A program made the translations under genes and the position numbers. 64,000 nucleotides of DNA from Candidatus Hecatella orcuttiae (GTDB lineage: Archaea > Thermoproteota > Bathyarchaeia > Hecatellales > Hecatellaceae), in NCBI GenBank assembly GCA_002011035.2, contig MTLY02000002.1:128001-192000 (forward strand), given 5' to 3'. Below the pieces are notes generated by a model. That model had not been told where the DNA came from. It searched no databases and was given only the letters and a program-made list of their open reading frames with translations. This document shows, piece after piece, positions 21,010 to 29,911 of the stretch (its first letter is position 1; the number at the start of each line of letters is the position of its first letter).

Positions 21010-21330
21010 TTACCATCTTAATCTACGAAGTCTTCTCACATCAAGGGTATCATAATGCCTATGTACGTTGATGATCAGGAGTAAAGCTATAGTTGCCACT
21101 GCAGCCCCTATAACAATCGATACAATGACTACACTCTGGGCTAAGGCATCGACTGATGCGGATAGAGAAATACTCTGCCCCAAAGCTATGAAGTTTAGAT
21201 TGACGGCTGACGTGATTATCTCTATTCCTATAACTATTACTATCATGTTCCTTTTTACGGCAATAGTGTAAACGCCTATAATAAAAAGAACAGCTGCTGC
21301 GGCAATATACCAAGTTGGATTTACTACCAT
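21010..21330 (-). CDS. NuoK/MnhC-like membrane subunit
   Basis: LFIIGVY...KRNMI..VIGIEII..AVNLNF; three TM helices. Confidence 0.85.
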   Translation of the reverse strand: MVVNPTWYIAAAAVLFIIGVYTIAVKRNMIVIVIGIEIITSAVNLNFIALGQSISLSASVDALAQSVVIVSIVIGAAVATIALLLIINVHRHYDTLDVRRLRRLRW

Positions 21331-21378
21331 GAGTCAACCTTCTTCGATAACTCACAATAATAAAGTTCCCATCTGCCC

Positions 21379-21633
21379 TTACCATTTCTTTACAGTGTGC
21401 AAAGTTACAAGAAATAAGACAACAACAGCGCCAGCATTGATCAGGATCTGAAGACCGGCGACCAAAGGAGCGCCCAAAATGAAAAACATCACACCAACGA
21501 GAATGTTCATGAAAAAGAAGGCGGCGACATTCTTCGGAAGCCTAGATTCGCAACACAATAGAGCCGCTATGATAGTTAAGCCGATTATCATGAGTTGGAG
21601 GATCTCATAAAGAGATATTTCCATTCTTTCCAT
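21379..21633 (-). CDS. NuoJ N-terminal-like membrane subunit (possibly a fragment)
   Basis: LGAPLVAGLQILINAGAVVVLFL. Confidence 0.7.
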   Translation of the reverse strand: MERMEISLYEILQLMIIGLTIIAALLCCESRLPKNVAAFFFMNILVGVMFFILGAPLVAGLQILINAGAVVVLFLVTLHTVKKW

Positions 21634-21737
21634 CTACCGCAAAGACAGACGCAGATACACTTCGTTCTATTTTCACCCTTATAACACCATAAATAAAGAA
21701 AACTTTACCCATAGCATTGGGCAGTTCTGTTCGAGGT

Positions 21738-21890
21738 TTAATGATGCATGCCTACGTACTTCGCCGGGTCCTCGTCGAACTTAGCTTTACAGCCGGCAGC
21801 ACAGAAGTAGTAGGTTTTACCCATATGCTCCGACTTATATTGTGCTGTTTTCTCATCGACCTCCATCCCGCAAATAGGATCTTTCGCCAA
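21738..21890 (-). CDS. YHS/TRASH small metallochaperone (absent from ORF track)
   Basis: MAKDPICGMEVDEKTA...GKTYYFCAAGCKAKFDEDPAKY; GAGGTGA RBS upstream. Confidence 0.9.
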   Translation of the reverse strand: MAKDPICGMEVDEKTAQYKSEHMGKTYYFCAAGCKAKFDEDPAKYVGMHH

Positions 21891-22252
21891 GACATATCAC
21901 CTCTTCCAACTTGTTCATTTTCGGGAAGATATGATGGAATATCATTTAAAATGATTGTTATTTCTATTCGAATAAAATGAAAGAAACCGTGATGGTATTC
22001 TCAATAAACATCGTTCCCGTTTTTTTATGTAAAAAGAAAAATAGACAGTAAATAGTTTAGTGATTCAGGAAAGATATGGTATAAGAGGCGATATATCTCC
22101 ATTTCCAAAAAATGTCAAGAATATTCTGCTGATATCTCTTGAAAACTTTACTGAATATTTATTTGTTAAAGTGCAATTAAGCTGATGTAATTTTGATGAG
22201 AGAAAAAGAATTATTAGTCTATAAGTCGAATAATAGAAAATAGGGAGATAAT

Positions 22253-22858
22253 ATGTCTTCCATAGTAATCGACAAAGTTGATACAGGTATAATTCAGGCA
22301 CTTCAGAAAGACAGCAGAACATCATTGAAAGAGATCTCAAGATTAGTGGGCATCAGTGTACCTACCGCGCGCGCAAGAATTCAGCGACTCGAAGATCTCG
22401 GAGTCATAAAAAGATTCACAGTAGCTATAGACCCACAGAAACTGGTAGGAGGTATAACCGTCTTGCTCCATTTAGATGTAAAACTTCCAAACATCAAGGC
22501 TGTCGGAGAAAGGCTTTCACAAATGGAGGAAGTTACAGAAACCTACTTAACCACTGGAGAATACGATGTCGTTGCTAAGATCTGTGTACCGGACATGCGT
22601 TCTCTCGAAGAGTTCATCGCCCACAAGTTAAGCGAAGTTCCTGGTATAGAACACGCCCACAGTAGCATAATTGTGGAGACTTTAAAAGAGTTATACGGAC
22701 CGGTTCTACGTCCAGGATTCGGCATCAGGCTTTCCTGTTACTATTGTAAGCGAGAGATAGCTAAAGACCCGGTAAGAAAGACTATAAATGAAAGGGAGTA
22801 TTATTTCTGCTGCGATACCTGCGCTTCTACCTACCAGCAAAGGTTCATAAAAAGCTGA
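22253..22858 (+). CDS. Lrp/AsnC regulator with C-terminal TRASH metal-binding domain (CopR-like)
   Basis: HTH + RAM domain + CYYC...YYFCCDTC. Confidence 0.88.
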   Translation: MSSIVIDKVDTGIIQALQKDSRTSLKEISRLVGISVPTARARIQRLEDLGVIKRFTVAIDPQKLVGGITVLLHLDVKLPNIKAVGERLSQMEEVTETYLTTGEYDVVAKICVPDMRSLEEFIAHKLSEVPGIEHAHSSIIVETLKELYGPVLRPGFGIRLSCYYCKREIAKDPVRKTINEREYYFCCDTCASTYQQRFIKS

Positions 22859-23163
22859 ACCTCTGGTTTCTGTTCTTGATCAGTCTGTATGCCCTGATAA
22901 CTCCTACCGGGTCTTTCCACAGATAGGCAGAACACCTGCAATATTAGAGAACTTTTCGGCTATCCCGTAATCTGCGATGACCCTTTTGCACGACTCCAAG
23001 GTTATGGAAATGGAGGAAACCCTTTTTTAGAGTCAGGTGGTAATCGACTCTCCGGTAGCATATTGTGAAAGCTTTTGGCCATCCAGCATGTTTCCATTGC
23101 TTTTTCACTAAAACAACCTTCAAGATATAAGTACTCTAGGTTAAGAAATCAGCTCTAAATTTA

Positions 23164-23841
23164 GTGAAAAGTAAAACGCTTCTCTCTTCATATTTTGGAA
23201 AGAGGAAAAGAAAGGGATATAGAAGGTTGCCAACAGATAACAAGTGGAGGATAATGATGCTTCTAGAGCTTGACAACATTGATATAAACATCCTTAAAAT
23301 ACTTCAGAAAAACAGTAGAATATCTTTGAAAGCTATCTCCAAACTAGTAAAGACCAGTGTACCCACAGTCCGTACAAGAATAGAAAAAATGTTCGAACTA
23401 GGAATCATAAAACGATTCACAATAGCCATCGACAGTCAAAAGCTCCCAAGAGGTACTGAAGCGTTCATTAGCCTTCAAGTTAAGTTGCCAGAAGTTAAGG
23501 AAGTGGTTGAGGTTCTCTCAAAAATGGATGAAGTTACCGCGATTTACCACACCAGCGGAGAATATAACCTCATAATAAGGGTATGGTTGCAGGATATACG
23601 TTCACTTCCAGACTTCATTATCTGCAAGTTAAGCACTATAGAAACTATAAGGAGTTTCCAATGTAGCATACTCGTCGAAAGCTTCAAGGAACATTATGGG
23701 CCCGTGCTAAAGCATGAGTTAGGGTTAAAGCTATTATGCTTCTATTGCAGAAAAGATATCACAGATGATCTCGTTACGAAGACCATAAACGGCGCTGAGC
23801 AATATTTTTGTTGCGAGACGTGCGCCTCGGCTATACGCTAA
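23164..23841 (+). CDS. Second Lrp/AsnC-TRASH regulator (paralog)
   Basis: Same architecture, CFYC...YFCCETC; true start probably near 23254. Confidence 0.85.
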   Translation: MKSKTLLSSYFGKRKRKGYRRLPTDNKWRIMMLLELDNIDINILKILQKNSRISLKAISKLVKTSVPTVRTRIEKMFELGIIKRFTIAIDSQKLPRGTEAFISLQVKLPEVKEVVEVLSKMDEVTAIYHTSGEYNLIIRVWLQDIRSLPDFIICKLSTIETIRSFQCSILVESFKEHYGPVLKHELGLKLLCFYCRKDITDDLVTKTINGAEQYFCCETCASAIR

Positions 23842-24081
23842 GAATGGAGTTATCCTCTGGATCTCTTTTCCCATCGTGGTACTATTATTGCCATCAAAAT
23901 TTACCTATCCGCCAAAAATTTCTGATAAAATTCGATAAAGAAATAATTCAGCTCCATGTTGTTAGATAAACAATAAAGGACAACCAAATTATACCGACGG
24001 TATCCATTTAACTATACACATTAGTGGGAGTGAGTGAAAGAGGGCTGATTAGATACGGAAAAAATTGAACGTAAGAAAACT

Positions 24082-26649
24082 GTGTTAAAGATAGGTGGAA
24101 TGACTTGTGCCTCCTGCGCTCAAACCATAGAGAAAGAACTGTCTAAACTTGAGGGTGTAACAGAGGTTGCAGTCAATTTTGCAGCTGAAAAGGCGACAGT
24201 CGAGTACGATCCAGAAAAGATAGATCGGACAAGATTGGAGAAAGCTGTTTCCGATGTAGGATACAGGGTAATCAAAGATGAGATTACGCTGAATATTCAC
24301 GGTATGACTTGCGCTTCCTGCGCCCAAAACATCGAAAAGGCACTGAGCAAAGTTGAGGGGGTATCCAATGCAAGCGTAAACTTTGCGATGGGGAGGGCTG
24401 TAGTCCAGTATGACTCGTCTCAGGTAAGTGTAGCTGAACTTAAGAAGGTTGTAAAAGACTTAGGTTATGAAGCGGTGGAGAGAGTTGAGGAGACTGCGGA
24501 AGATAGGGAAAGAGCAGCGAGAGAGAAGGAGATAAGAACTCAAAAGCACAACCTTATGATCGCTGTAGCCCTAACTGTTCCCCTTGTGTTATTCAGTTTT
24601 CGCGACACCTTCGCTGGCTTCTATGAAAGTATCGGATTGGGTTTTCTTCCCATGTATACTCTACCGGAGAACAAGTACCTCCTTTATCTCATGTTTATTC
24701 TGACCACCATCATAATGGCTGGGCCTGGAAGACAGTTCTTCACCGGAACTTACAAGGGATTAAGGCACGGCACCACGGATATGAACTTGCTCATAGCCAC
24801 AGGAACAGGTGCCGCTTACGTGGTAAGTGTCGTAGCAACTTTCTTTGCGTTAGGCCCGGGGTATAGAGAGGTCTATTACGATACTGCCGGGCTGCTTGTA
24901 TCGTTCATAGTTCTTGGGAGATACTTGGAGGCAAATGCGAAAGGCAGAACCTCTGAGTCTATCCGAAAACTGATGGGTTTGCGGGCTAAGATAGCGAGAG
25001 TGATTAGGGCTGGTGTGGAAAAGGAAATCCCTGCCGAGGATGTGTTGGTTGGAGACCTTGTCATCGTTAGACCGGGTGAAAAAATACCAGTTGATGGAAT
25101 AGTGAGGGAAGGCCATTCGGCTGTAGATGAGTCCATGATAACTGGTGAAAGCCTCCCCGTTGATAAGAAAGTAGGCGACGAAATTATTGGCGCAACAATC
25201 AACAAAACAGGAGTGTTAAAAGTTGAAGCTACAAAAGTAGGAAAGGACACAGCACTATCGCAGATTATCAAATTAGTGGAGGACGCTCAGACCTCAAAGG
25301 CTCCAATTCAGAGGATCGCCGACTACGTGGCAGGGCACTTCATAGTCGCCGTGCACGTACTGGCTTTGGCAGCCTTCTTCTTCTGGTTCTTCGTAGGATA
25401 TCCAACATTCACACCTGGAACTATATTCGAAACAGCGAGTCCTTTCCTCTTCGCGCTCCTCATAGCCATTACAACCCTCGTAATAGCATGTCCATGCGCT
25501 GTCGGGTTGGCCACACCCACCGCTATCATGGTGGGAACAGGGAAAGGCGCCGAAAACGGTATCCTCATCAAAGGGGGAGAGGCATTAGAGAATGCTCATA
25601 AACTAGACACCATCGTATTCGATAAGACAGGCACTCTGACAAAAGGCGAACCGTCCCTAACAGACATAATCGTTGCCAGGGGATTACTGGCGAATCCGGG
25701 TCCGAGTATAAGTCAAATCCCACCGGAAGAAATAGTTGTTCTGGAAAAGTGGAGTGAAGAGAGTGTGTTAAAGTATGCTGCGGTAGCCGAGAAAATGTCT
25801 GAACACCCTTTAGGAAAGGCGATCGTGGAGGGCGCGAAGGAAAAAGGAATAGAGGTAGACGACCCTGAGGCCTTCAACGCTATTCCCGGCCACGGTGTGG
25901 AAGCGAAATACAATGGCAAACTAATTCTTCTCGGAACACGCAAATTGATGAAAGACAATGGCATAGACATTGAGCACTTGGAGGAAGAAATGAAAACATT
26001 GGAAAACGATGGGAAAACAGCGATGATTCTTGCGGTTGATAAAAGACCTGTTGGCCTAGTCGCTGTTGCAGACACCCTCACAGAGTACGCTAAGGAGGCT
26101 GTGGATGAACTTCACAAGATGGGCTTAGAGGTGTTGATGATTACAGGAGATAATGAGCGAACAGCAAAAGCAATCGCTAGGCAAGTGGGCATAAACAGAG
26201 TTCTCGCAGAAGTGCTTCCTAAAGACAAGGCTAACGAGATTAAAAAGCTTCAAAGCGAGGGCAGGAGAGTCGCCATGGTCGGGGATGGAATCAACGATGC
26301 ACCCGCTTTGACCCAATCTGACATCGGCATTGCCATAGGAAGTGGAACTGATGTTGCCATGGAGTCCGGCAAGATCGTGCTAATCAAAAACGATGTTAGA
26401 GACGTTGTCTCCGCAATCAAACTCAGCAGACAAACTATGAAGAAAATTAAACAGAACCTATTCTGGGCTTTTGTCTACAACGGCACGGGACTACCTGTAG
26501 GAGCGGGGGTTCTGTTTCCCTCACTAGGCTTTTTAGTCAGCCCTGCGTTGGCCGCTGCCTTCATGGCTATGAGTTCCGTATCGGTCACTGCAAACTCATT
26601 GTTATTCAAAAGATACAAGCTTAAGAAGGTGCATCATCCGGCTGCTTAA
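24082..26649 (+). CDS. copA: Cu(I)-translocating P1B-type ATPase
   Basis: Two GMTCASC HMA domains, TGES, CPC, DKTGT, SEHP, GDGIND, YN and MxxSS. Confidence 0.96.
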   Translation: MLKIGGMTCASCAQTIEKELSKLEGVTEVAVNFAAEKATVEYDPEKIDRTRLEKAVSDVGYRVIKDEITLNIHGMTCASCAQNIEKALSKVEGVSNASVNFAMGRAVVQYDSSQVSVAELKKVVKDLGYEAVERVEETAEDRERAAREKEIRTQKHNLMIAVALTVPLVLFSFRDTFAGFYESIGLGFLPMYTLPENKYLLYLMFILTTIIMAGPGRQFFTGTYKGLRHGTTDMNLLIATGTGAAYVVSVVATFFALGPGYREVYYDTAGLLVSFIVLGRYLEANAKGRTSESIRKLMGLRAKIARVIRAGVEKEIPAEDVLVGDLVIVRPGEKIPVDGIVREGHSAVDESMITGESLPVDKKVGDEIIGATINKTGVLKVEATKVGKDTALSQIIKLVEDAQTSKAPIQRIADYVAGHFIVAVHVLALAAFFFWFFVGYPTFTPGTIFETASPFLFALLIAITTLVIACPCAVGLATPTAIMVGTGKGAENGILIKGGEALENAHKLDTIVFDKTGTLTKGEPSLTDIIVARGLLANPGPSISQIPPEEIVVLEKWSEESVLKYAAVAEKMSEHPLGKAIVEGAKEKGIEVDDPEAFNAIPGHGVEAKYNGKLILLGTRKLMKDNGIDIEHLEEEMKTLENDGKTAMILAVDKRPVGLVAVADTLTEYAKEAVDELHKMGLEVLMITGDNERTAKAIARQVGINRVLAEVLPKDKANEIKKLQSEGRRVAMVGDGINDAPALTQSDIGIAIGSGTDVAMESGKIVLIKNDVRDVVSAIKLSRQTMKKIKQNLFWAFVYNGTGLPVGAGVLFPSLGFLVSPALAAAFMAMSSVSVTANSLLFKRYKLKKVHHPAA

Positions 26650-26664
26650 CCTGACAATTAAGAG

Positions 26665-26913
26665 GTGATAAAAATGAGTGAAATAAAGAGAAGAGTTCAA
26701 GGCATAAACATGTTAGTTTGCGTCTTGGTTTCTGTGGTGATAAGCTGGATATTCTATACCCTAGCTTTGCAGATGCCCGGTAGATTCGCGCAGTACACGA
26801 AGATCGACGTACTCGCAGGTGTAGGGTTCGTCTTTATCCTTTCGATGATAATTTCTTTCTCCCTCATACCCGCATTTATGGAGAAACTGTCCGCTACGCT
26901 GAAGATAAAATAG
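26665..26913 (+). CDS. Small two-TM membrane protein
   Basis: Hydrophobic ORF with GAGGTGA RBS directly after copA. Confidence 0.6.
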   Translation: MIKMSEIKRRVQGINMLVCVLVSVVISWIFYTLALQMPGRFAQYTKIDVLAGVGFVFILSMIISFSLIPAFMEKLSATLKIK

Positions 26914-26928
26914 GCATTTATACTTTAG

Positions 26929-27573
26929 TTGGAAGGAAAGAGAATGGTTGAATACGGTTACGGTCACTGGGATGTAGTAATATTAAATATTATGCTTTTC
27001 TCCTTATTTCTGCTGTTCATACCCTTCAGAAGGAAGGTTGCATATCCTCAAAAGAGTATCTACCTAGCTTTCATAACCGCACTGTTTGCGGAGATGTACG
27101 GTTTCCCTCTAACCATCTACATTCTCACTGCCTATTTCGGCTATAGTAACCCGTTAACACATGAAGCTGGACACCTTTTATACCCTGAGCAGGGAATGAT
27201 GTCGCCGTTCCATATCTTATCGAACTTCATGATATTAGGTGGAATAATTCTCATAATAGCCGGCTGGAGAAAAATCCATAACGCTGGGGGTAAGCTTGTA
27301 ACCGAGGGCGTATACCGACACATCCGTCACCCACAATATCTCGGACTGCTCCTACTCGCATCCGGACTGCTTATCCAATGGACCACCCTTCTCACCGCCC
27401 TCATGTGGCCGGTACTGATATACCTCTATGTCAGATTGGCGAAGAGGGAGGAAAAAGAAATGGAGGAGAAATTTGGAGAAGCATACTTAGAATACAAACG
27501 CGGAGTTCCGATGTTTATTCCCTTCCCCAAAATCCACGTAACAGCGTTCAGTGATCGTTTGAAGGGTGAGTAA
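26929..27573 (+). CDS. Isoprenylcysteine carboxyl methyltransferase-family membrane protein
   Basis: ALFAEMYGFPLTIY, LVTEGVYRHIRHPQY, EE...FGEAY.EY. Confidence 0.88.
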   Translation: MEGKRMVEYGYGHWDVVILNIMLFSLFLLFIPFRRKVAYPQKSIYLAFITALFAEMYGFPLTIYILTAYFGYSNPLTHEAGHLLYPEQGMMSPFHILSNFMILGGIILIIAGWRKIHNAGGKLVTEGVYRHIRHPQYLGLLLLASGLLIQWTTLLTALMWPVLIYLYVRLAKREEKEMEEKFGEAYLEYKRGVPMFIPFPKIHVTAFSDRLKGE

Positions 27574-27575
27574 CT

Positions 27576-27893
27576 TTGGCGGAGAAACGTGGAAAAATGA
27601 GTTTAAAAGTAAAAGCCTTCACGTTAAGCATAGGTTTTATGATAATATATATTATTTGTGTTGCATGGGATTTAGCTTTTCCGGAGTATGCGATGTATCA
27701 GGTTTGGGCTCCCTTATTCCCGGGGTTTACATGGCTAAGCTTGTCTAGTTTTCTTCTCGGACTTTTCGAGGCCTTCATATATGGACTGCTTATCGCAGTA
27801 ATATTTGTTCCCCTCAACAATTTTTTCAACAAAAGATTCGAAGAACCAACCAGACCTCCAAAAATGGAAGAAAAGGTGAAAGTTACCAACTGA
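27576..27893 (+). CDS. DUF5676-like membrane protein
   Basis: PGFTWLS..SFLLGLFEAFIYG motif typical of heavy-metal gene clusters. Confidence 0.7.
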   Translation: MAEKRGKMSLKVKAFTLSIGFMIIYIICVAWDLAFPEYAMYQVWAPLFPGFTWLSLSSFLLGLFEAFIYGLLIAVIFVPLNNFFNKRFEEPTRPPKMEEKVKVTN

Positions 27894-28601
27894 TGACATT
27901 TGGGTGAAGATGCGTGCTTCGAGCTGGCGTTAGAGGGCCTAAAAGTGTTAGTCTATGCTTACAATCACCAGAGCGAGATTAAAGACGCAGATAAGATGGT
28001 TAAGAAGCTGTGACTCGCCGAAAACATAACTCTGGAGAGCATCCTTCAGGTCAACTTCATAGACACAGAAGTTTACAGCCTTCTGAGAAGGCTTTATCGG
28101 AAAATCCTAGTTAGCAACTCCTTAAGCAGGTTTAACACTTTTCTGATACTTTCATCTTCCATAAGAATTATCATGCTCGTATTGTAGTGGAAGTAACTCT
28201 CTTTTTTATTTATAGTCTTTCTCATGGAAGTCTTTTATTCATGAATAACAGGCTGTCTGATCGAAAGACGTTTTTGAGTTGCTACATATTTCACCAGCTA
28301 GTTTTTTCTTCTTGTGAAAAAATAGAGCAGATGATTTTTTTGAAAAATCCGTCAACATATCTCTAAATTTCTCCCAAAAGAAACGACAATTCTTATAAAA
28401 ATCTCAGAACTTCAAAAGCATAATTACGAAGTGATAGGTATTGAAGGAAGCACCAGAAAATGCTTGAGCCTGTACCTATAATGACTGTAGCTATATGTAA
28501 ATGAGCTTTTCAGGAGCGAGATTACAGATGAAAGAAAAGCAATAGTCTATCGCTATTTGGAAATGGATTATCTTTCAATCATATGAAGGTTGACAGCATC
28601 A

Positions 28602-28750
28602 TGATGCTTTCTAAAAGCAAAGCTTGGAGAGAACCAGCAGCGTCTGGTTTTGTGAGCAGCCTCGCGTTACTATTTGCATATTTTGGAATTTTAACTGTTG
28701 GCGATTCGTTCAGCCATGCCATTGAAGAATTTGCTGAAGTGTGATACTAA
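28602..28750 (+). pseudogene. Decayed membrane-protein fragment
   Basis: LALLFAYFGILTVGDSFSHAIEEFAEV ends in TGA-TAC-TAA, with no continuation. Confidence 0.35.
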
Positions 28751-28940
28751 ACTTTCCAGTAAGCTTGCGCAAAAAAGTCTGACACCGCTTGAATTTCTTC
28801 ATCTGTAAAAGTTACACCTATCTCAATAAGTCCCTGTTCATATCATCATTGTGATAGTATGACTTTACATCTATTGATCCGTCTTCAAAGACATCCCTAA
28901 CAAAACTAATCGCTCTAAAAACATTGATCTTCCCAGAGCC

Positions 28941-29147
28941 TTTAGGATAAGGGGCGACATCACCAAGGGGAAATACCAAGACTATGACACCCCAGGCGTC
29001 AACCCGGGGGAGGTTCTCACCAGAGAAGCCCTATTCCAACCAGCCAGAGTATACATAGCCCCTCAAGAACTGGAAGACCGCCAGCTGAAAGTTCTCAGCC
29101 AAGCCCTAAAGGAGACATTGAAACAGGAGCTGCTGGCAGATCGATGA
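28941..29147 (+). pseudogene. Internally deleted site-specific integrase remnant
   Basis: RIRGDITKGKYQDYDT joined to GVNPGEVLTREAL...QLKVLSQALKETLKQELL; from memory both resemble segments of archaeal tRNA-targeting tyrosine integrases; ends about 30 bp before the att repeat. Confidence 0.5.
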
Positions 29148-29178
29148 AAAAGTACCCATTCAGGTCTGGAACAGTAAG

Positions 29179-29195
29179 TCCCGGCGGCCGCACCA
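29179..29195 (+). repeat. attR-like direct repeat of the tRNA-Gly 3' end
   Basis: Exact TCCCGGCGGCCGCACCA copy. Confidence 0.85.
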
Positions 29196-29366
29196 AAACC
29201 AGCCGCTGATTCGCTGGGTTTTTTCCGCGTTCCCCGTTCTTATTTTTAAATTTCTCCTCCCTGCTTTCATCCTCGCCGAACTACGGGCCGGCTGCCTCTT
29301 ATGTTATATATGTACATATATGGCCTAGGGTAGTGAGTCTCTCTTTTCCCCGGCCCGGGGAGGACT

Positions 29367-29909
29367 TCAAGAAGTTTTTGCTTCCAGTTCTTCTAAGATT
29401 TTTTCGAGGTCTTTCTTCCAACGGTCCTCAGTGGCCGTCTGGAAGGAGAAGGTGGCGTTAGGCTGGTAGAACCTGTCTAGGGAGAGAGTTTTCAAATGGG
29501 AGGCGAAATGTTTTAGGGTTGAAAGAAGCTGGGATTGGAAGAAGTATATTCCTCCAAGAAAGACCACTAGGTCGTGGTTTCCCTCCCCCCTCAGCCCCTG
29601 CCAGTTTTCATCCCTCATCCGGTTGACCAAATCCTCTAAGCCCATGCAGGTGAGGGGGACGTCTCCAATTCTTTCCCTGAAAACCCTGAAACATCCGGGG
29701 GAAACCACAACAGGAGAACCCGTCAGCTCAGCCAGCCGGTGCACGAACTTCACCACGTCGACGTCTTCCCCCTTTGCTCCGAGCACGTTGCCTCCCACTA
29801 CTATCAGCGGCCTTTTCGCGTTTCGCAGTAGCTTAGCGGCCATCTCCGGTTTGAGGGTTAAAGCCTGCTCTAAGCCTGGAACCTCAGCCAACTGCCAAGG
29901 AGCCGCCAA
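29367..29909 (-). CDS. cdhB: CO dehydrogenase/ACS complex epsilon subunit
   Basis: AKRPLIVVG, WQGLRGEGNHDLV, LKHFA, DRFYQPNA. Confidence 0.92.
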   Translation of the reverse strand: MAAPWQLAEVPGLEQALTLKPEMAAKLLRNAKRPLIVVGGNVLGAKGEDVDVVKFVHRLAELTGSPVVVSPGCFRVFRERIGDVPLTCMGLEDLVNRMRDENWQGLRGEGNHDLVVFLGGIYFFQSQLLSTLKHFASHLKTLSLDRFYQPNATFSFQTATEDRWKKDLEKILEELEAKTS

Positions 29910-29911
29910 GT

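Larger units (their letters stand above)
16058..29195. mobile_element. Degenerate (probably tandem) genomic island integrated at the tRNA-Gly 3' end
   Basis: 17-bp direct repeat TCCCGGCGGCCGCACCA at 16058-16074 and 29179-29195, degenerate copy at 18110-18129, visibly AT-richer interior, integrase-like remnants. Confidence 0.8.

Noticed and set aside
21717-21980. 87-aa plus-strand ORF
   Set aside because: Antisense shadow of the real YHS gene on the minus strand.
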